Notes under the pieces: generated by a model
Databases searched by the model: none
The model's input: the letters and a program-made list of their open reading frames with translations, nothing else
What the model was told of the DNA's origin: nothing
Part shown: positions 16,909 to 25,607 of the stretch, in pieces
How the letters are laid out: each line of letters begins with the position of its first letter
Position numbering within the stretch: position 1 is the first letter of the stretch
Program-made: the position numbers and the translations under genes
Source of the DNA: Candidatus Hydrothermarchaeota archaeon
GTDB lineage: Archaea > Hydrothermarchaeota > Hydrothermarchaeia > Hydrothermarchaeales > BMS3B
Length of the DNA: 64,000 nucleotides
Assembly: GCA_015521565.1 (NCBI GenBank)
Contig: WANX01000002.1
Coordinates: 7,308-71,307 of the forward strand
Reading direction: 5' to 3'

Positions 16909-18669
16909 ATGGGAGAGCAGCTTGAGAAAATATACGATGTGGAGCTCAGGCCCGGGGCGGGTGAGGCTTACGTCTGCAACCTCACCAAGCCGGAATTTGC
17001 AGAGGCCATGAAGACCAACATTCCAAAGGAGCCCCTCCCGGATGACCAGATGGTGGAGGTGGCTCTCAAGCGTCTGGATGAGCTCCGCAAAGAGAGAAAG
17101 AGCATCCAGCTGTATCTGGACATATGTGTGCGCTGTGGCGCCTGCATGAAGCAGTGCCATTACTTTATTGGCACCGGCGACCCGAAAAACACGCCCGTGG
17201 GCAGGGCAGAGCTTCTGCGTAAGGTTTACAGGGCGCACTTCACCATAAGCGGCAAGCTCTTCGGCAAGCTGGTGGGTGCCGAGAAGCTCACCCCGGAGAT
17301 TTTGAAGAACGAGTGGTACAAGTACTTCTACCAGTGCTCAGAGTGCAGGCGCTGCTCTGTGTTCTGCCCCTACGGCATAGACCAGGCAGAGATTACCATG
17401 GCTGGCAGGGAAGTGCTCAACAGCGTGGGCCTGGCCACGAAGTACATCACCCAGGTAATTTCGCAGGTCTACAAGCACGGCAACAACCTGGGCATACCAG
17501 AGCCGGCGTTCAAGTACAACTGCCAGTTCCTGGAGGAGGAGATAAAAGAGAGCACGGGTGTTGATGTTAAGATACCCGTGGACAAGGAGAAGGCAGAGAT
17601 ACTCTACCTGCCCCCGAGTGCAGACCTCTTCACCAACACCGACACCATGATAGGCGTCGCCAAGGTGTTCCATGCAGTAGGTGCGGACTGGACGATGAGC
17701 ACCTACGCCAGCGAGGCCGCGAACTTCGGGCTCTTCTTCAGCTACGACGACCTCAAGGCGATTAACCTGCGCGTCGTCGAGACAGCCAAGAAGCTGGGGG
17801 CCAAGCTCGTCGTGTTTGGCGAGTGCGGCCACGCGTGGCGTGCTGCCAGGCAGTTCATGGAGGCGATGAATGGACCCCTCCCGTTTAAGTTCATGAACAT
17901 CCTGGAGTACACCGCAGAACAGATACGCAAGGGCAAGCTCAAAATCGACAAATCGAGAAACGACGACGTCGTTGTAACGCTGCACGACCCCTGCAACTAC
18001 GCCAGGGCGGGGGACCTGGTGGAGGAGACTCGCTTTGTGATAAAGTCGGTGTGCAACAACTTCGTGGAGATGGACGAAAGTGTTACCAAAGTTAAAACCT
18101 TCTGCTGCGGTGGCGGCGGAGGCCTGCTCACAGAGGAGATAATGGAGCTCAGGATGAAGGGCGGCCTGCCTCGTGCAACGGCGGTTAAAGAGGTGGTTGA
18201 GGCACATGGCGTCAACTATCTTGCCGCACCCTGTGCTATAGACAAAGCCCAGCTGCCGCTGGTAATGCAGCACTACGAAATACCCGTGCAGGTTGGTGGA
18301 ATCCACGACCTGGTGAGCAAGGCACTTATTCTTGAGGGTCAGGAGGAGTTCGAGGCAAAGAAGAAGGCCGAGGAAGAGGCTGCCAGGGCCGCGGCTGCGG
18401 CTGTGCCGGCGGTCTGCGGACTCTGTGATGCGGAGTTTGCCACCATGGACGAGTGCTGTGAGCATGCGGAGAAGGACCACAAGATATCCAAAGAGCAGTG
18501 CGACATGGTATGCGAGGCCAAAGAGGGAGCAGCCGCCGAGGCTGTGCCGGCGGTCTGCGGACTCTGCGATGCGGAGTTTGCCACCATGGACGAGTGCTGC
18601 GAGCATGCGGAGAAGGACCACAAGATATCCAAAGAGCAGTGCGACATGGTGTGTGAGTCGAAAAAATGA
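16909..18669 (+). CDS. HdrD/DsrK-like iron-sulfur CCG-domain subunit carrying a tandem Cys-rich C-terminal extension
   Basis: Two ferredoxin-like clusters (CVRCGACMKQC and CSECRRCSVFCP) and two CCG domains (HDPCNYA and TFCCGGGGG). The last ~95 aa are two near-identical 47-aa Cys-rich repeats. Confidence 0.75.
   Translation: MGEQLEKIYDVELRPGAGEAYVCNLTKPEFAEAMKTNIPKEPLPDDQMVEVALKRLDELRKERKSIQLYLDICVRCGACMKQCHYFIGTGDPKNTPVGRAELLRKVYRAHFTISGKLFGKLVGAEKLTPEILKNEWYKYFYQCSECRRCSVFCPYGIDQAEITMAGREVLNSVGLATKYITQVISQVYKHGNNLGIPEPAFKYNCQFLEEEIKESTGVDVKIPVDKEKAEILYLPPSADLFTNTDTMIGVAKVFHAVGADWTMSTYASEAANFGLFFSYDDLKAINLRVVETAKKLGAKLVVFGECGHAWRAARQFMEAMNGPLPFKFMNILEYTAEQIRKGKLKIDKSRNDDVVVTLHDPCNYARAGDLVEETRFVIKSVCNNFVEMDESVTKVKTFCCGGGGGLLTEEIMELRMKGGLPRATAVKEVVEAHGVNYLAAPCAIDKAQLPLVMQHYEIPVQVGGIHDLVSKALILEGQEEFEAKKKAEEEAARAAAAAVPAVCGLCDAEFATMDECCEHAEKDHKISKEQCDMVCEAKEGAAAEAVPAVCGLCDAEFATMDECCEHAEKDHKISKEQCDMVCESKK
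18400..18666 (+). repeat. 141-bp perfect-period tandem duplication (two copies) inside the 3' end of the hdrD-like gene
   Basis: Copy 1 is 18400-18540 and copy 2 is 18541-18666. Almost all differences between them are synonymous third-position changes. Confidence 0.9.
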
Positions 18670-19022
18670 AGGAGATCTCCCAGGCAACCTGGTTCACAGA
18701 GGTAACCTGTTCGAGTACACCCGTGGCGGTCCACTTCTATGCGGAGTGGTCACCTGCGTGCAGGGAGATAGAGTGCCTCCTTGAGAAGTACGAGCAGCGC
18801 TTAGCAGGAAAGATGAAGTTCGTGAAGATAGACATCGACGCCAACGAGGCGGTGCGCATCGCCAACCGGGTGATTGTACCACCCACCCTTATAATTTACT
18901 ACAAGGGGATACCCGTAAATGGCGTACCGGGGCCGCAGCCAGAGTGGGTGTACGAGAACAGGATACTTCGTGCCATCCGGCTCTACGAAAGGAGGCTGAA
19001 AAACATCCTAAGGAGGAGGTAA
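18666..19022 (+). CDS. Thioredoxin-fold protein with a degenerate active site (WSPAC)
   Basis: 118 aa. VAVHFYAEWSPACREI mirrors the thioredoxin WCGPC region but with a single Cys. Start codon overlaps the hdrD-like stop (ATGA). Confidence 0.5.
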   Translation: MKEISQATWFTEVTCSSTPVAVHFYAEWSPACREIECLLEKYEQRLAGKMKFVKIDIDANEAVRIANRVIVPPTLIIYYKGIPVNGVPGPQPEWVYENRILRAIRLYERRLKNILRRR

Positions 19023-19025
19023 ACC

Positions 19026-19553
19026 ATGAAGAGGTTGTTGATATTCATTGCGGCGCTGAGCCTAATGGTGCTCAGCGGATGTGTGGCTCCGCCTGAGAAG
19101 CCGGTTAAGGATTCCACGCTCAAGGAGCACCCCTCGCCAAAGGTGGACATGACCTACTGGAAAGCAAACCACGGCAAAGAGATTGAGGCTGGTAAGGCGA
19201 GCGAGGAGTCGTGCATTAACTGCCACCAGCCTGAGAACTTCTGCAACAAGTGCCACGCCTATGTGGGCGTGAGGCAGATAGAGGTCGGCACACCGCCACC
19301 GCCGGCGGCTGCAGAGGCTCCGAAGGAGGAGAAACCCGCGGAGACACAGCCTGAGGCGGAGGCCAAACCGGTGCTGCACGGCGAGGGCAGATGCGACCAG
19401 TGTCATGACGCCCCCACCCTGGAGGACATGCGCACAGGCTTGCACAAGCAGGCCTTTGAGAAGTTTGAGGGGCACAAGAACTTCTGCAGCGAGTGCCACA
19501 ACGTCCAGGAGACCTGCACCAAGTGCCACGCCCTGCCGGCGATAATGCAGTAG
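19026..19553 (+). CDS. Lipoprotein pentaheme c-type cytochrome
   Basis: Signal peptide with lipobox (LMVLSGC). Five CxxCH motifs: CINCH, CNKCH, CDQCH, CSECH, CTKCH. Pro/Ala/Glu-rich linker. Confidence 0.8.
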   Translation: MKRLLIFIAALSLMVLSGCVAPPEKPVKDSTLKEHPSPKVDMTYWKANHGKEIEAGKASEESCINCHQPENFCNKCHAYVGVRQIEVGTPPPPAAAEAPKEEKPAETQPEAEAKPVLHGEGRCDQCHDAPTLEDMRTGLHKQAFEKFEGHKNFCSECHNVQETCTKCHALPAIMQ

Positions 19554-19578
19554 GTGGCACTCCCCTCTCTCCTTTTTT

Positions 19579-20676
19579 CTACACCCTCAGGTTCTCCCTG
19601 TATTCCAGCAGCTTCTCACCCATCAGCAGCGCTCCTCCTGCTGCAATGGCGAGCAGGATGAAGCCGGGGGCAATCTCACCCATATAAACCGCCTCACTGG
19701 AGGCAAGCCTCGCCATTAGTGTCACAGGCGAGAGCTCCTGGAGGGCACTTTTCATTGATACCGGGAGGAACAGGGCCAGGGAGGAGAAGATGAGCACAAC
19801 GGTGACACCCACATTGGCGTCCTTTATGCTGTCAGAGAGAGCAGAGAGAGCCACGCCAGCAGCTATGAAGAGCAGGTCCAGCAGCGCAAGGAGGAGCAGC
19901 AGAAGAGCTGTGTTGTTGATCTCTATGCCCCTGAATCTCAAAAGCGCTATCCACAGCGCAGCCTGGGCAAGGGCAACGCCGGCTATGGGAAGCGCCTTGC
20001 CCAGCACCAGCTCCCTGTAGCTCAGCGGTGCTGTGAGGAGCAGCTCATAGGTCCTCCGCTCCTTCTCACCCACTATTGCATCGGTGGTCATGTTCGCCGC
20101 AAGGAAGGTGGGCAGCAGCAGAATGAAGGGAAGCAGCAGACCGTAGAAGAGCTCAACAAACTCAGCCGGCTGTGTGGCGCTCCCGGTAACACGAAGCTTC
20201 ACCGGGCTCAGCACAGCCTCCGGTTCAATGCCGAGCTCGGAAATGCGCTTCCTCTGCAGGTATTCCTCCAGCCTCGCCACCGCCCTGGATACCATGGCAT
20301 CGGCATACCCTGAGAGCACATTGGTGTTGTCTATGTACAGGGTAAGCTCCATCTTCCCGCCGGTGCCGGGAGGCACGACCAGGAGGGCCACGAGGCGGCG
20401 CTCCCTCAGGGTTCTCCAGGGACGGGAGGCGTCTTCGACAGCAACGCTTCTGAGTCCCTGAAGCTCCAGCAGTGAAGAATCACCGGCAACCCCTATTCGA
20501 ACCTGCTGCGGGGGTATGTAGCCCTGCATAACCTCGGGGTTGGCCAGAGAGGCGTAAAGCATGGCCACAAAGCCTATGCTCACCACAATGAGCAGCTGCA
20601 CCAGAAAAGCCAGGAGATACAGCCTCTCGGCAAGCAGGTCAGCGAACTCTTTTCCTGCGAGGGTGAGGAACCTCAC
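19579..20676 (-). CDS. ABC-2 type transporter permease
   Basis: 365 aa. N-terminal TM helix, a large extracytoplasmic loop, then a 5-TM C-terminal bundle. Overlaps the upstream permease by 4 nt. Confidence 0.7.
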   Translation of the reverse strand: MRFLTLAGKEFADLLAERLYLLAFLVQLLIVVSIGFVAMLYASLANPEVMQGYIPPQQVRIGVAGDSSLLELQGLRSVAVEDASRPWRTLRERRLVALLVVPPGTGGKMELTLYIDNTNVLSGYADAMVSRAVARLEEYLQRKRISELGIEPEAVLSPVKLRVTGSATQPAEFVELFYGLLLPFILLLPTFLAANMTTDAIVGEKERRTYELLLTAPLSYRELVLGKALPIAGVALAQAALWIALLRFRGIEINNTALLLLLLALLDLLFIAAGVALSALSDSIKDANVGVTVVLIFSSLALFLPVSMKSALQELSPVTLMARLASSEAVYMGEIAPGFILLAIAAGGALLMGEKLLEYRENLRV

Positions 20677-22364
20677 AGCACCACCTCCACAACGGCCAGG
20701 TTAAACACCGCATGCAGGAGAATCGCCAGGACGATTAGCACAGTTCCGAGCTTTTTGCGGCGGTATAACCCCAGGGCAGCGATACTGCTCGCCAGTATGT
20801 GCATTACCAGCGTCGTGGTTGCCCTGGCATAGAGCAGCTTTGTGAGAGGTATGCCAAAGACCACCAGCACCGCCGCACCCACGGCGAGGGTCTCCATGAT
20901 GAAAAATCCGGTGGCAGAGGCGGCGCCAATGGCTGCGGAGGCTCTGGCTGTTAGCCAGCTGCGCTGCTTCCTGAGAGCCACCCGTAGCGGCAGCAGCTTC
21001 AGCAGCTCCTCAGTCACGGCGATGGAGAACACGGTGAGGTACACCGCTTTTGCGGAGTAGCCCAGGAGCCCGGTGTAGAGCAGTGCAAGAGCAACCTCCA
21101 CCAGCACGGCGGTCACAAAAACCAGCGGCGACATCAGGAGGGCAAGCGCCATACCTCCCGCAAAGCCTGCGCCGAGCAAAGCCTCACACGCATCAGATAA
21201 TAATCTTCCTATTCCCGGCCTCGAGCCAAAGACCACGTCATCCCTCTCCATTAGTAGGACTGCGGTGGCGATGCAGAGAAGGGTGCCGAAGCCGAGCAGG
21301 AGGAGCACCTGCAGCAGCACTTCGTGTGAGAATCCCTCTCCGGTCACGGCGCGAGAGATGAGGTTGAAGGGGATGTAGGAAAAGAAGTCCCTGGGTGAGA
21401 AGAACTCCACGCTCAGGGCGTAGATGAGCCCCACAAAGAGGGGAACATAGAGCAGCATTAGGGCGATGTTGGCCTCCTTCAGGCTCCGGGAGTACAGGGT
21501 CAGAGCCATTGCGAGGGCAATCACCAGGGCGTTTACCCCAGCGAGAAGCACCATCGCCTCCACGGGCTTCGCCACGGGTATGCCCATCACACCAATTCCG
21601 AGAAGCCAGACCGCAACCTCCGCACTGACAAATCCCCACAGCGCAAGGAACTTTCCAGATACAATACTCTTCCTCGAAAGAGGAGCACCCAGCAGGGATT
21701 CGATTGTCCTGCGCTCCCTTTCCCCGGCGATGGCGTCCAGCACAACTCCGCCAGACATGAAAACCGGGAAGAAGAGCACCAGGGGAACGAGGTAGGAGAG
21801 GAAGAAGCTGGAGAAGCGCTCACCTCCTGCGCCTTCCACCACCACCTGCCTGAGAAACTCCCTCCTCACTGAGACGGCGCTCTCTAAGTTGAGCCCCAGC
21901 TCTCTCCGCCTCTGTGCAGCAATCCTGGAGCTCGCTTCAGCAACGCTCTCCTCAACAGCATCCTGCGCAACAGAGCTCTTCACACCGCCGCCCAGGACGA
22001 GCACCACCTCAAGTTGTGTGAGAGAGCCCTCTCGATAGCTTTCAGGAATGAGCAGATATCCCGCGATTACTCCGCGCTCCAGCTCCTCCACCGGTGGCGA
22101 GGAAAAGCGGTACAGCCTCAGCCTCCGGTTTGCCTCAAGCACCTGAAGCAGCACATCACAGTCGTCGCTCTCCACCACCACACCCAGGGGGACGAAACCC
22201 TGAAGTGTGGGTGATGGCAGTGCCAGGTTGCCGCTCTCGAAGACGTTGCCGAAGGCGGGAAGCAGAAGCAAAAGCAGCAGGGTCTGCACCCCAAAGGCGA
22301 GCATGAATTTCCTGTTACCTGCGATTTCCAGAAGCTCACGTCTCGCTATTGCCAGAGAACTCAA
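20673..22364 (-). CDS. ABC-2 permease fused to a C-terminal CPBP (CAAX/Abi) intramembrane metalloprotease domain
   Basis: The permease half resembles the downstream paralog. The C-terminal ~180 aa carry the CPBP motifs EExxxR (VTEELLKLLPLR) and HxxxN (LHAVFN). Predicted start is a TTG at 22364 that overlaps the ATPase TGA stop (TTGA). Confidence 0.65.
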   Translation of the reverse strand: MSSLAIARRELLEIAGNRKFMLAFGVQTLLLLLLLPAFGNVFESGNLALPSPTLQGFVPLGVVVESDDCDVLLQVLEANRRLRLYRFSSPPVEELERGVIAGYLLIPESYREGSLTQLEVVLVLGGGVKSSVAQDAVEESVAEASSRIAAQRRRELGLNLESAVSVRREFLRQVVVEGAGGERFSSFFLSYLVPLVLFFPVFMSGGVVLDAIAGERERRTIESLLGAPLSRKSIVSGKFLALWGFVSAEVAVWLLGIGVMGIPVAKPVEAMVLLAGVNALVIALAMALTLYSRSLKEANIALMLLYVPLFVGLIYALSVEFFSPRDFFSYIPFNLISRAVTGEGFSHEVLLQVLLLLGFGTLLCIATAVLLMERDDVVFGSRPGIGRLLSDACEALLGAGFAGGMALALLMSPLVFVTAVLVEVALALLYTGLLGYSAKAVYLTVFSIAVTEELLKLLPLRVALRKQRSWLTARASAAIGAASATGFFIMETLAVGAAVLVVFGIPLTKLLYARATTTLVMHILASSIAALGLYRRKKLGTVLIVLAILLHAVFNLAVVEVVL

Positions 22365-23089
22365 CCTCGGCTCCCCCTCGTATAGTGGGCGAACACCTCT
22401 TCCAGCGTGGGCGAGTCGCGACCTGCACCCCCGAGCTCCGCCTTTAGCTCCTCCGGTCTCCCCAGGGCCACGAGTCTGCCCCGGTGCAGTATTCCCAGCC
22501 GGGTGCACAGCTGCTCCGCCTCGTCCAGGTAGTGGGTGCACAGCAGAACTGTCTTCTTTCCCCTGAGTCCTGAGACGAAGTCCCGGAGCTCCTTCGCCGT
22601 AAGCGGGTCAAGTCCCATGGTTGGCTCGTCCAGCACGAGAATCTCGGGGTCGTGCAGGAGGGCGCGGGCTATTGAGATGCGCTGCCTCATCCCCTTGGAG
22701 AAGGTGGAAATCCTCACGTCGGCCTTGTCCAGCATTCCCACCAGAGCAAGAAGCTCCTCTATCCTGCCTTCAGCATCCCGCACACCGTAAAGGGAGGCGA
22801 AGAAGCGCAGCAGCTGCCTCGGAGTCATGCGCTCATACAGGCTGGGCTCTTCGGGCAGGTAGCCTATCATTCGCTTCACGCGCACACCGTCTCTGGCGAC
22901 ATCCATGCCAGCCACGGTGACCCTGCCGGAGGTGGGCTTCAGCACTCCACAGAGCAGGCGAATCGCAGTGGTTTTGCCTGCGCCGTTGGGTCCCACCAGG
23001 GCGAAGAGTTCTCCCCTCTCTATGGTAAGCGTCAGCTCGCGCAGCGCCGTCACATTGTAAAACCTCTTTGTTACGCGCTCAAAGCGAAT
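22361..23089 (-). CDS. ABC transporter ATP-binding protein
   Basis: Walker A GPNGAGKTT, signature FSKGMRQR and Walker B ILVLDEPT. The start is set at MIRFERV. Confidence 0.85.
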   Translation of the reverse strand: MRFERVTKRFYNVTALRELTLTIERGELFALVGPNGAGKTTAIRLLCGVLKPTSGRVTVAGMDVARDGVRVKRMIGYLPEEPSLYERMTPRQLLRFFASLYGVRDAEGRIEELLALVGMLDKADVRISTFSKGMRQRISIARALLHDPEILVLDEPTMGLDPLTAKELRDFVSGLRGKKTVLLCTHYLDEAEQLCTRLGILHRGRLVALGRPEELKAELGGAGRDSPTLEEVFAHYTRGSRG

Positions 23090-23116
23090 CATTACCTCCA
23101 ATTTAAACCCTAACAA

Positions 23117-24685
23117 CTATAACCTGCCCTTTCTTCTGAGCTGCGCTTCGTATATCCTCCTGAGCGTCTGCAGGGTGTCGGCATCTTCCACACTCTTGTC
23201 CCGCCTCAGCCGCTTGACTCGCGCAAAGCGAAGTGCAAAGCCCGAGGGATACCGGGGGGAGCGCTGAACCTCGTCGAAAGCAACCTCCACCACCAGCGAT
23301 GGGGCAACTTTCACCACCTTCCCGCTCTCCGCAACCCTGTGCCTCAGAAGCTCCCGGGTTATCTCCTCCAGCATCGCGTCGCTCAAGCCCTTGAAGGTCT
23401 TTCCCACCATGAGCAGCTCCCCCTCATGGTACACTGCAAGATGAAGGTTGCTCAGCCAGCCACGCCGTCTTCCGTGTCCCCACTCCGCACCCACAACCGC
23501 CAGGTCCAAGGTGAGGGAGGGTTTGAGCTTCAGCCAGGCGCGACTCCTTTTTCCGGGCTCATATTGCGACTCCAGCCTCTTGGCAACGATGCCCTCGTGG
23601 CCCTCGCGCAGCGCCTTCTCGTAAAATCTGCGCGCCTCCTCCTGGCTTGAGGTCAATTTTCTCTCCGCCAGCATGTCCTCAGGGGCGACGCTCCGCAGCA
23701 ATTCCCACCGTTTCGCGTAGCTGGCCGTGAGCAGGTCCCTCCCCTCCAGGTGCAGCAGGTCGAAAAGACACAGCCTCAGCTCCGCTCCACCCCCCAGAGA
23801 GCGCATCACATCCTGAAAGGGCAGCGGTCTGCCACGACTGTCAAGCGCTATCAGCTCGCCCTCCACAACCAGCTGCTCCGCTTTCAGTAATGCCGCAAGC
23901 TCCACAACCTCCGGGATATTCAGCTCCCTGAGGCGGCGCGAGAACACGCGTACCTCTCCGTGAGACCTGTGGATCTGCACCCTGGCACCATCGTATTTAT
24001 ACTCCAGTGCCACCTTACCGCGCACCGCCTCTTCCAGGCCACCCGCCGGGCGGGCAAGCATGGGCTTAACCGGGGTGAAGAGCCTTATCCTGAGCTCCGG
24101 CAGGCGTCGCTGCGTGGCCAGAATGTGTGCCACCTCGCCTAATTCGCCGAGAAGCGCAGCGGCGAGTGCCACCTTTCCGGAGGCTGTGCCAAATGCTCTG
24201 GCCACTGCCTCAATCATCAAACCCTCGCTTACCCCGGTGCGCATCTCACCCAGAATGCACCTGCTCAGCCACCTCGCCTCCACTTCTGTCGCCCTTGAGA
24301 AGAGCTTCCTGAGCAGCACCTCGCGCCTCCTCCTGGAGCCGGCACCCCTGACTGCGGCCACCCTGCTGAGGGTATTCCACACCTCCGCTATGCTGAGGGG
24401 TTCATCACTCAGGGCACGCTGTAGCATGCGGGTAACCCTGCCAAGAGTGGCCCAGCCCACCTCGAGGGGTGCTGTTTCCGGATGCCGCCCCAGCAGCAGC
24501 CTAACGGCTGGCTTTACCTCCTCTGGCTCAAGGCCCATCAGGAAGGTGCTCAGAGTGCGGAGCTTCTTCTGACGGGAGCTCTGCCCCGACAGCTCCTCCG
24601 CCACCTCAGCCAGCTTTAAGAAGGGTGTTCCCATATCTGCATCACCTTTGCATATGATATCAAGTAATTTTTCCCTCGTTATCAA
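23117..24685 (-). CDS. lig: ATP-dependent DNA ligase
   Basis: Adenylation motif I KYDGARVQ, an OB domain and overall collinearity with archaeal DNA ligases. The N-terminal start is uncertain (ATG at 24685 or 24634). Confidence 0.9.
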   Translation of the reverse strand: MITREKLLDIICKGDADMGTPFLKLAEVAEELSGQSSRQKKLRTLSTFLMGLEPEEVKPAVRLLLGRHPETAPLEVGWATLGRVTRMLQRALSDEPLSIAEVWNTLSRVAAVRGAGSRRRREVLLRKLFSRATEVEARWLSRCILGEMRTGVSEGLMIEAVARAFGTASGKVALAAALLGELGEVAHILATQRRLPELRIRLFTPVKPMLARPAGGLEEAVRGKVALEYKYDGARVQIHRSHGEVRVFSRRLRELNIPEVVELAALLKAEQLVVEGELIALDSRGRPLPFQDVMRSLGGGAELRLCLFDLLHLEGRDLLTASYAKRWELLRSVAPEDMLAERKLTSSQEEARRFYEKALREGHEGIVAKRLESQYEPGKRSRAWLKLKPSLTLDLAVVGAEWGHGRRRGWLSNLHLAVYHEGELLMVGKTFKGLSDAMLEEITRELLRHRVAESGKVVKVAPSLVVEVAFDEVQRSPRYPSGFALRFARVKRLRRDKSVEDADTLQTLRRIYEAQLRRKGRL

Positions 24686-24702
24686 CGTGGCTACAGAAAA
24701 AG

Positions 24703-25503
24703 TTGAAGAGGATTTATATGAACAGAAGAATTATTTTAACAGTAGCTCTTGTCATTCTTCTTCTGCTTTCAGGATGCACCTCAGAGAAGAAGTCCTACGT
24801 CAGCACACCCGAGGGGCAGGTGCCCGAGTATATACCTGAGCCCCAGGTTTTTGAGCTGAGCATAGGGGAGCTTCTCACAAATGCGGATAAGCTCACCAAT
24901 CAGTATGTGACCACAAGGGGGAGGGTGCTGGAGACACTCTCCACCCAGAGCTACACCTACGCCAAGATAAGCGACGATACCGGTGAGGTGTGGGTTGCCG
25001 GGCCGAAAACAGAGCTTAAAGTGGGAGATGAAGTGGAGGTGCGCTCCGCACTTCTGCTGCAGGGCTTCCGGGCAACTGCACTGAACCGCACCCTGGATGT
25101 GATTCTCATGGTGCAGAGCTTCTCCTCCGGGGAACCCTACTCCTTCCACGGCGCAACACGCTCTCCTGACACTGGCAACATCTCAGTTGAGAAGCTTCCT
25201 GACGGCTATACCATAGCCGAGATTATGGAGAGAAGCGACGAGCTCGCCGGCAAAGAGGTAAGGCTCCGGGGAGTGGTGGTGAAGGTGCTACCCGATATTC
25301 TAAACAAAACCTGGATACACCTCCAGGACGGCACCGTAACAGGCTCGGGGGAGAAGGAGCTGGTGGTTACCTACTCCGGAGACGAGCTCTTTGAGCCCGG
25401 CGAGCTGGTGGTGGTGAGCGGCGTTCTCAGCACTGAAGTTGACATAGGCTCCGGCTACTTCTTTAAGGTGCTGATAGACGATGCCAGGATAGAGAGGGAG
25501 TAG
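24703..25503 (+). CDS. Hypothetical lipoprotein with two internal beta-rich repeats
   Basis: Signal peptide plus lipobox (LLLSGCTS). Two similar modules (GEVWVAGPKTELKVGDEVEV and KELVVTYSGDELFEPGELVVV). Confidence 0.45.
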   Translation: MKRIYMNRRIILTVALVILLLLSGCTSEKKSYVSTPEGQVPEYIPEPQVFELSIGELLTNADKLTNQYVTTRGRVLETLSTQSYTYAKISDDTGEVWVAGPKTELKVGDEVEVRSALLLQGFRATALNRTLDVILMVQSFSSGEPYSFHGATRSPDTGNISVEKLPDGYTIAEIMERSDELAGKEVRLRGVVVKVLPDILNKTWIHLQDGTVTGSGEKELVVTYSGDELFEPGELVVVSGVLSTEVDIGSGYFFKVLIDDARIERE

Positions 25504-25607
25504 TCCTCTTTTTACTTTTCCCGCACCACCACAAGCTGTATATGCTCCACAGGAAAAGGGAGTGGCAGGATGAGCAAGCTTTAAAGGAGTGAGGGAGAGG
25601 TAAGGCT

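Noticed and set aside
18400-18666. A direct repeat that could be mistaken for a CRISPR-like or minisatellite array
   Set aside because: There are only two copies and they are in-frame inside a CDS. They encode a Cys-rich peptide and diverge mainly at synonymous sites, so this is a protein-level domain duplication, not a CRISPR array.
17338-18687. 449-aa ORF antisense to the hdrD-like gene, and similar long antisense ORFs such as 12394-13365, 3118-3984, 27152-27955, 19062-19529, 58841-59857 and 26465-26998
   Set aside because: They lie entirely antisense to well-supported genes with strong homology. Their translations are low-complexity (Arg/Ala/Pro/Ser-rich) and show no recognisable motifs. 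Such stop-free antisense frames are expected at about 60% GC.
22365-22541. N-terminal 59 aa of the 622-aa permease ORF (MHPLPGRGGAAVHPAG...)
   Set aside because: This stretch overlaps the upstream ABC ATPase gene in another frame and is Gly/Arg/Ala-rich low complexity. The TTG at 22364 overlapping the ATPase stop is the more plausible start.
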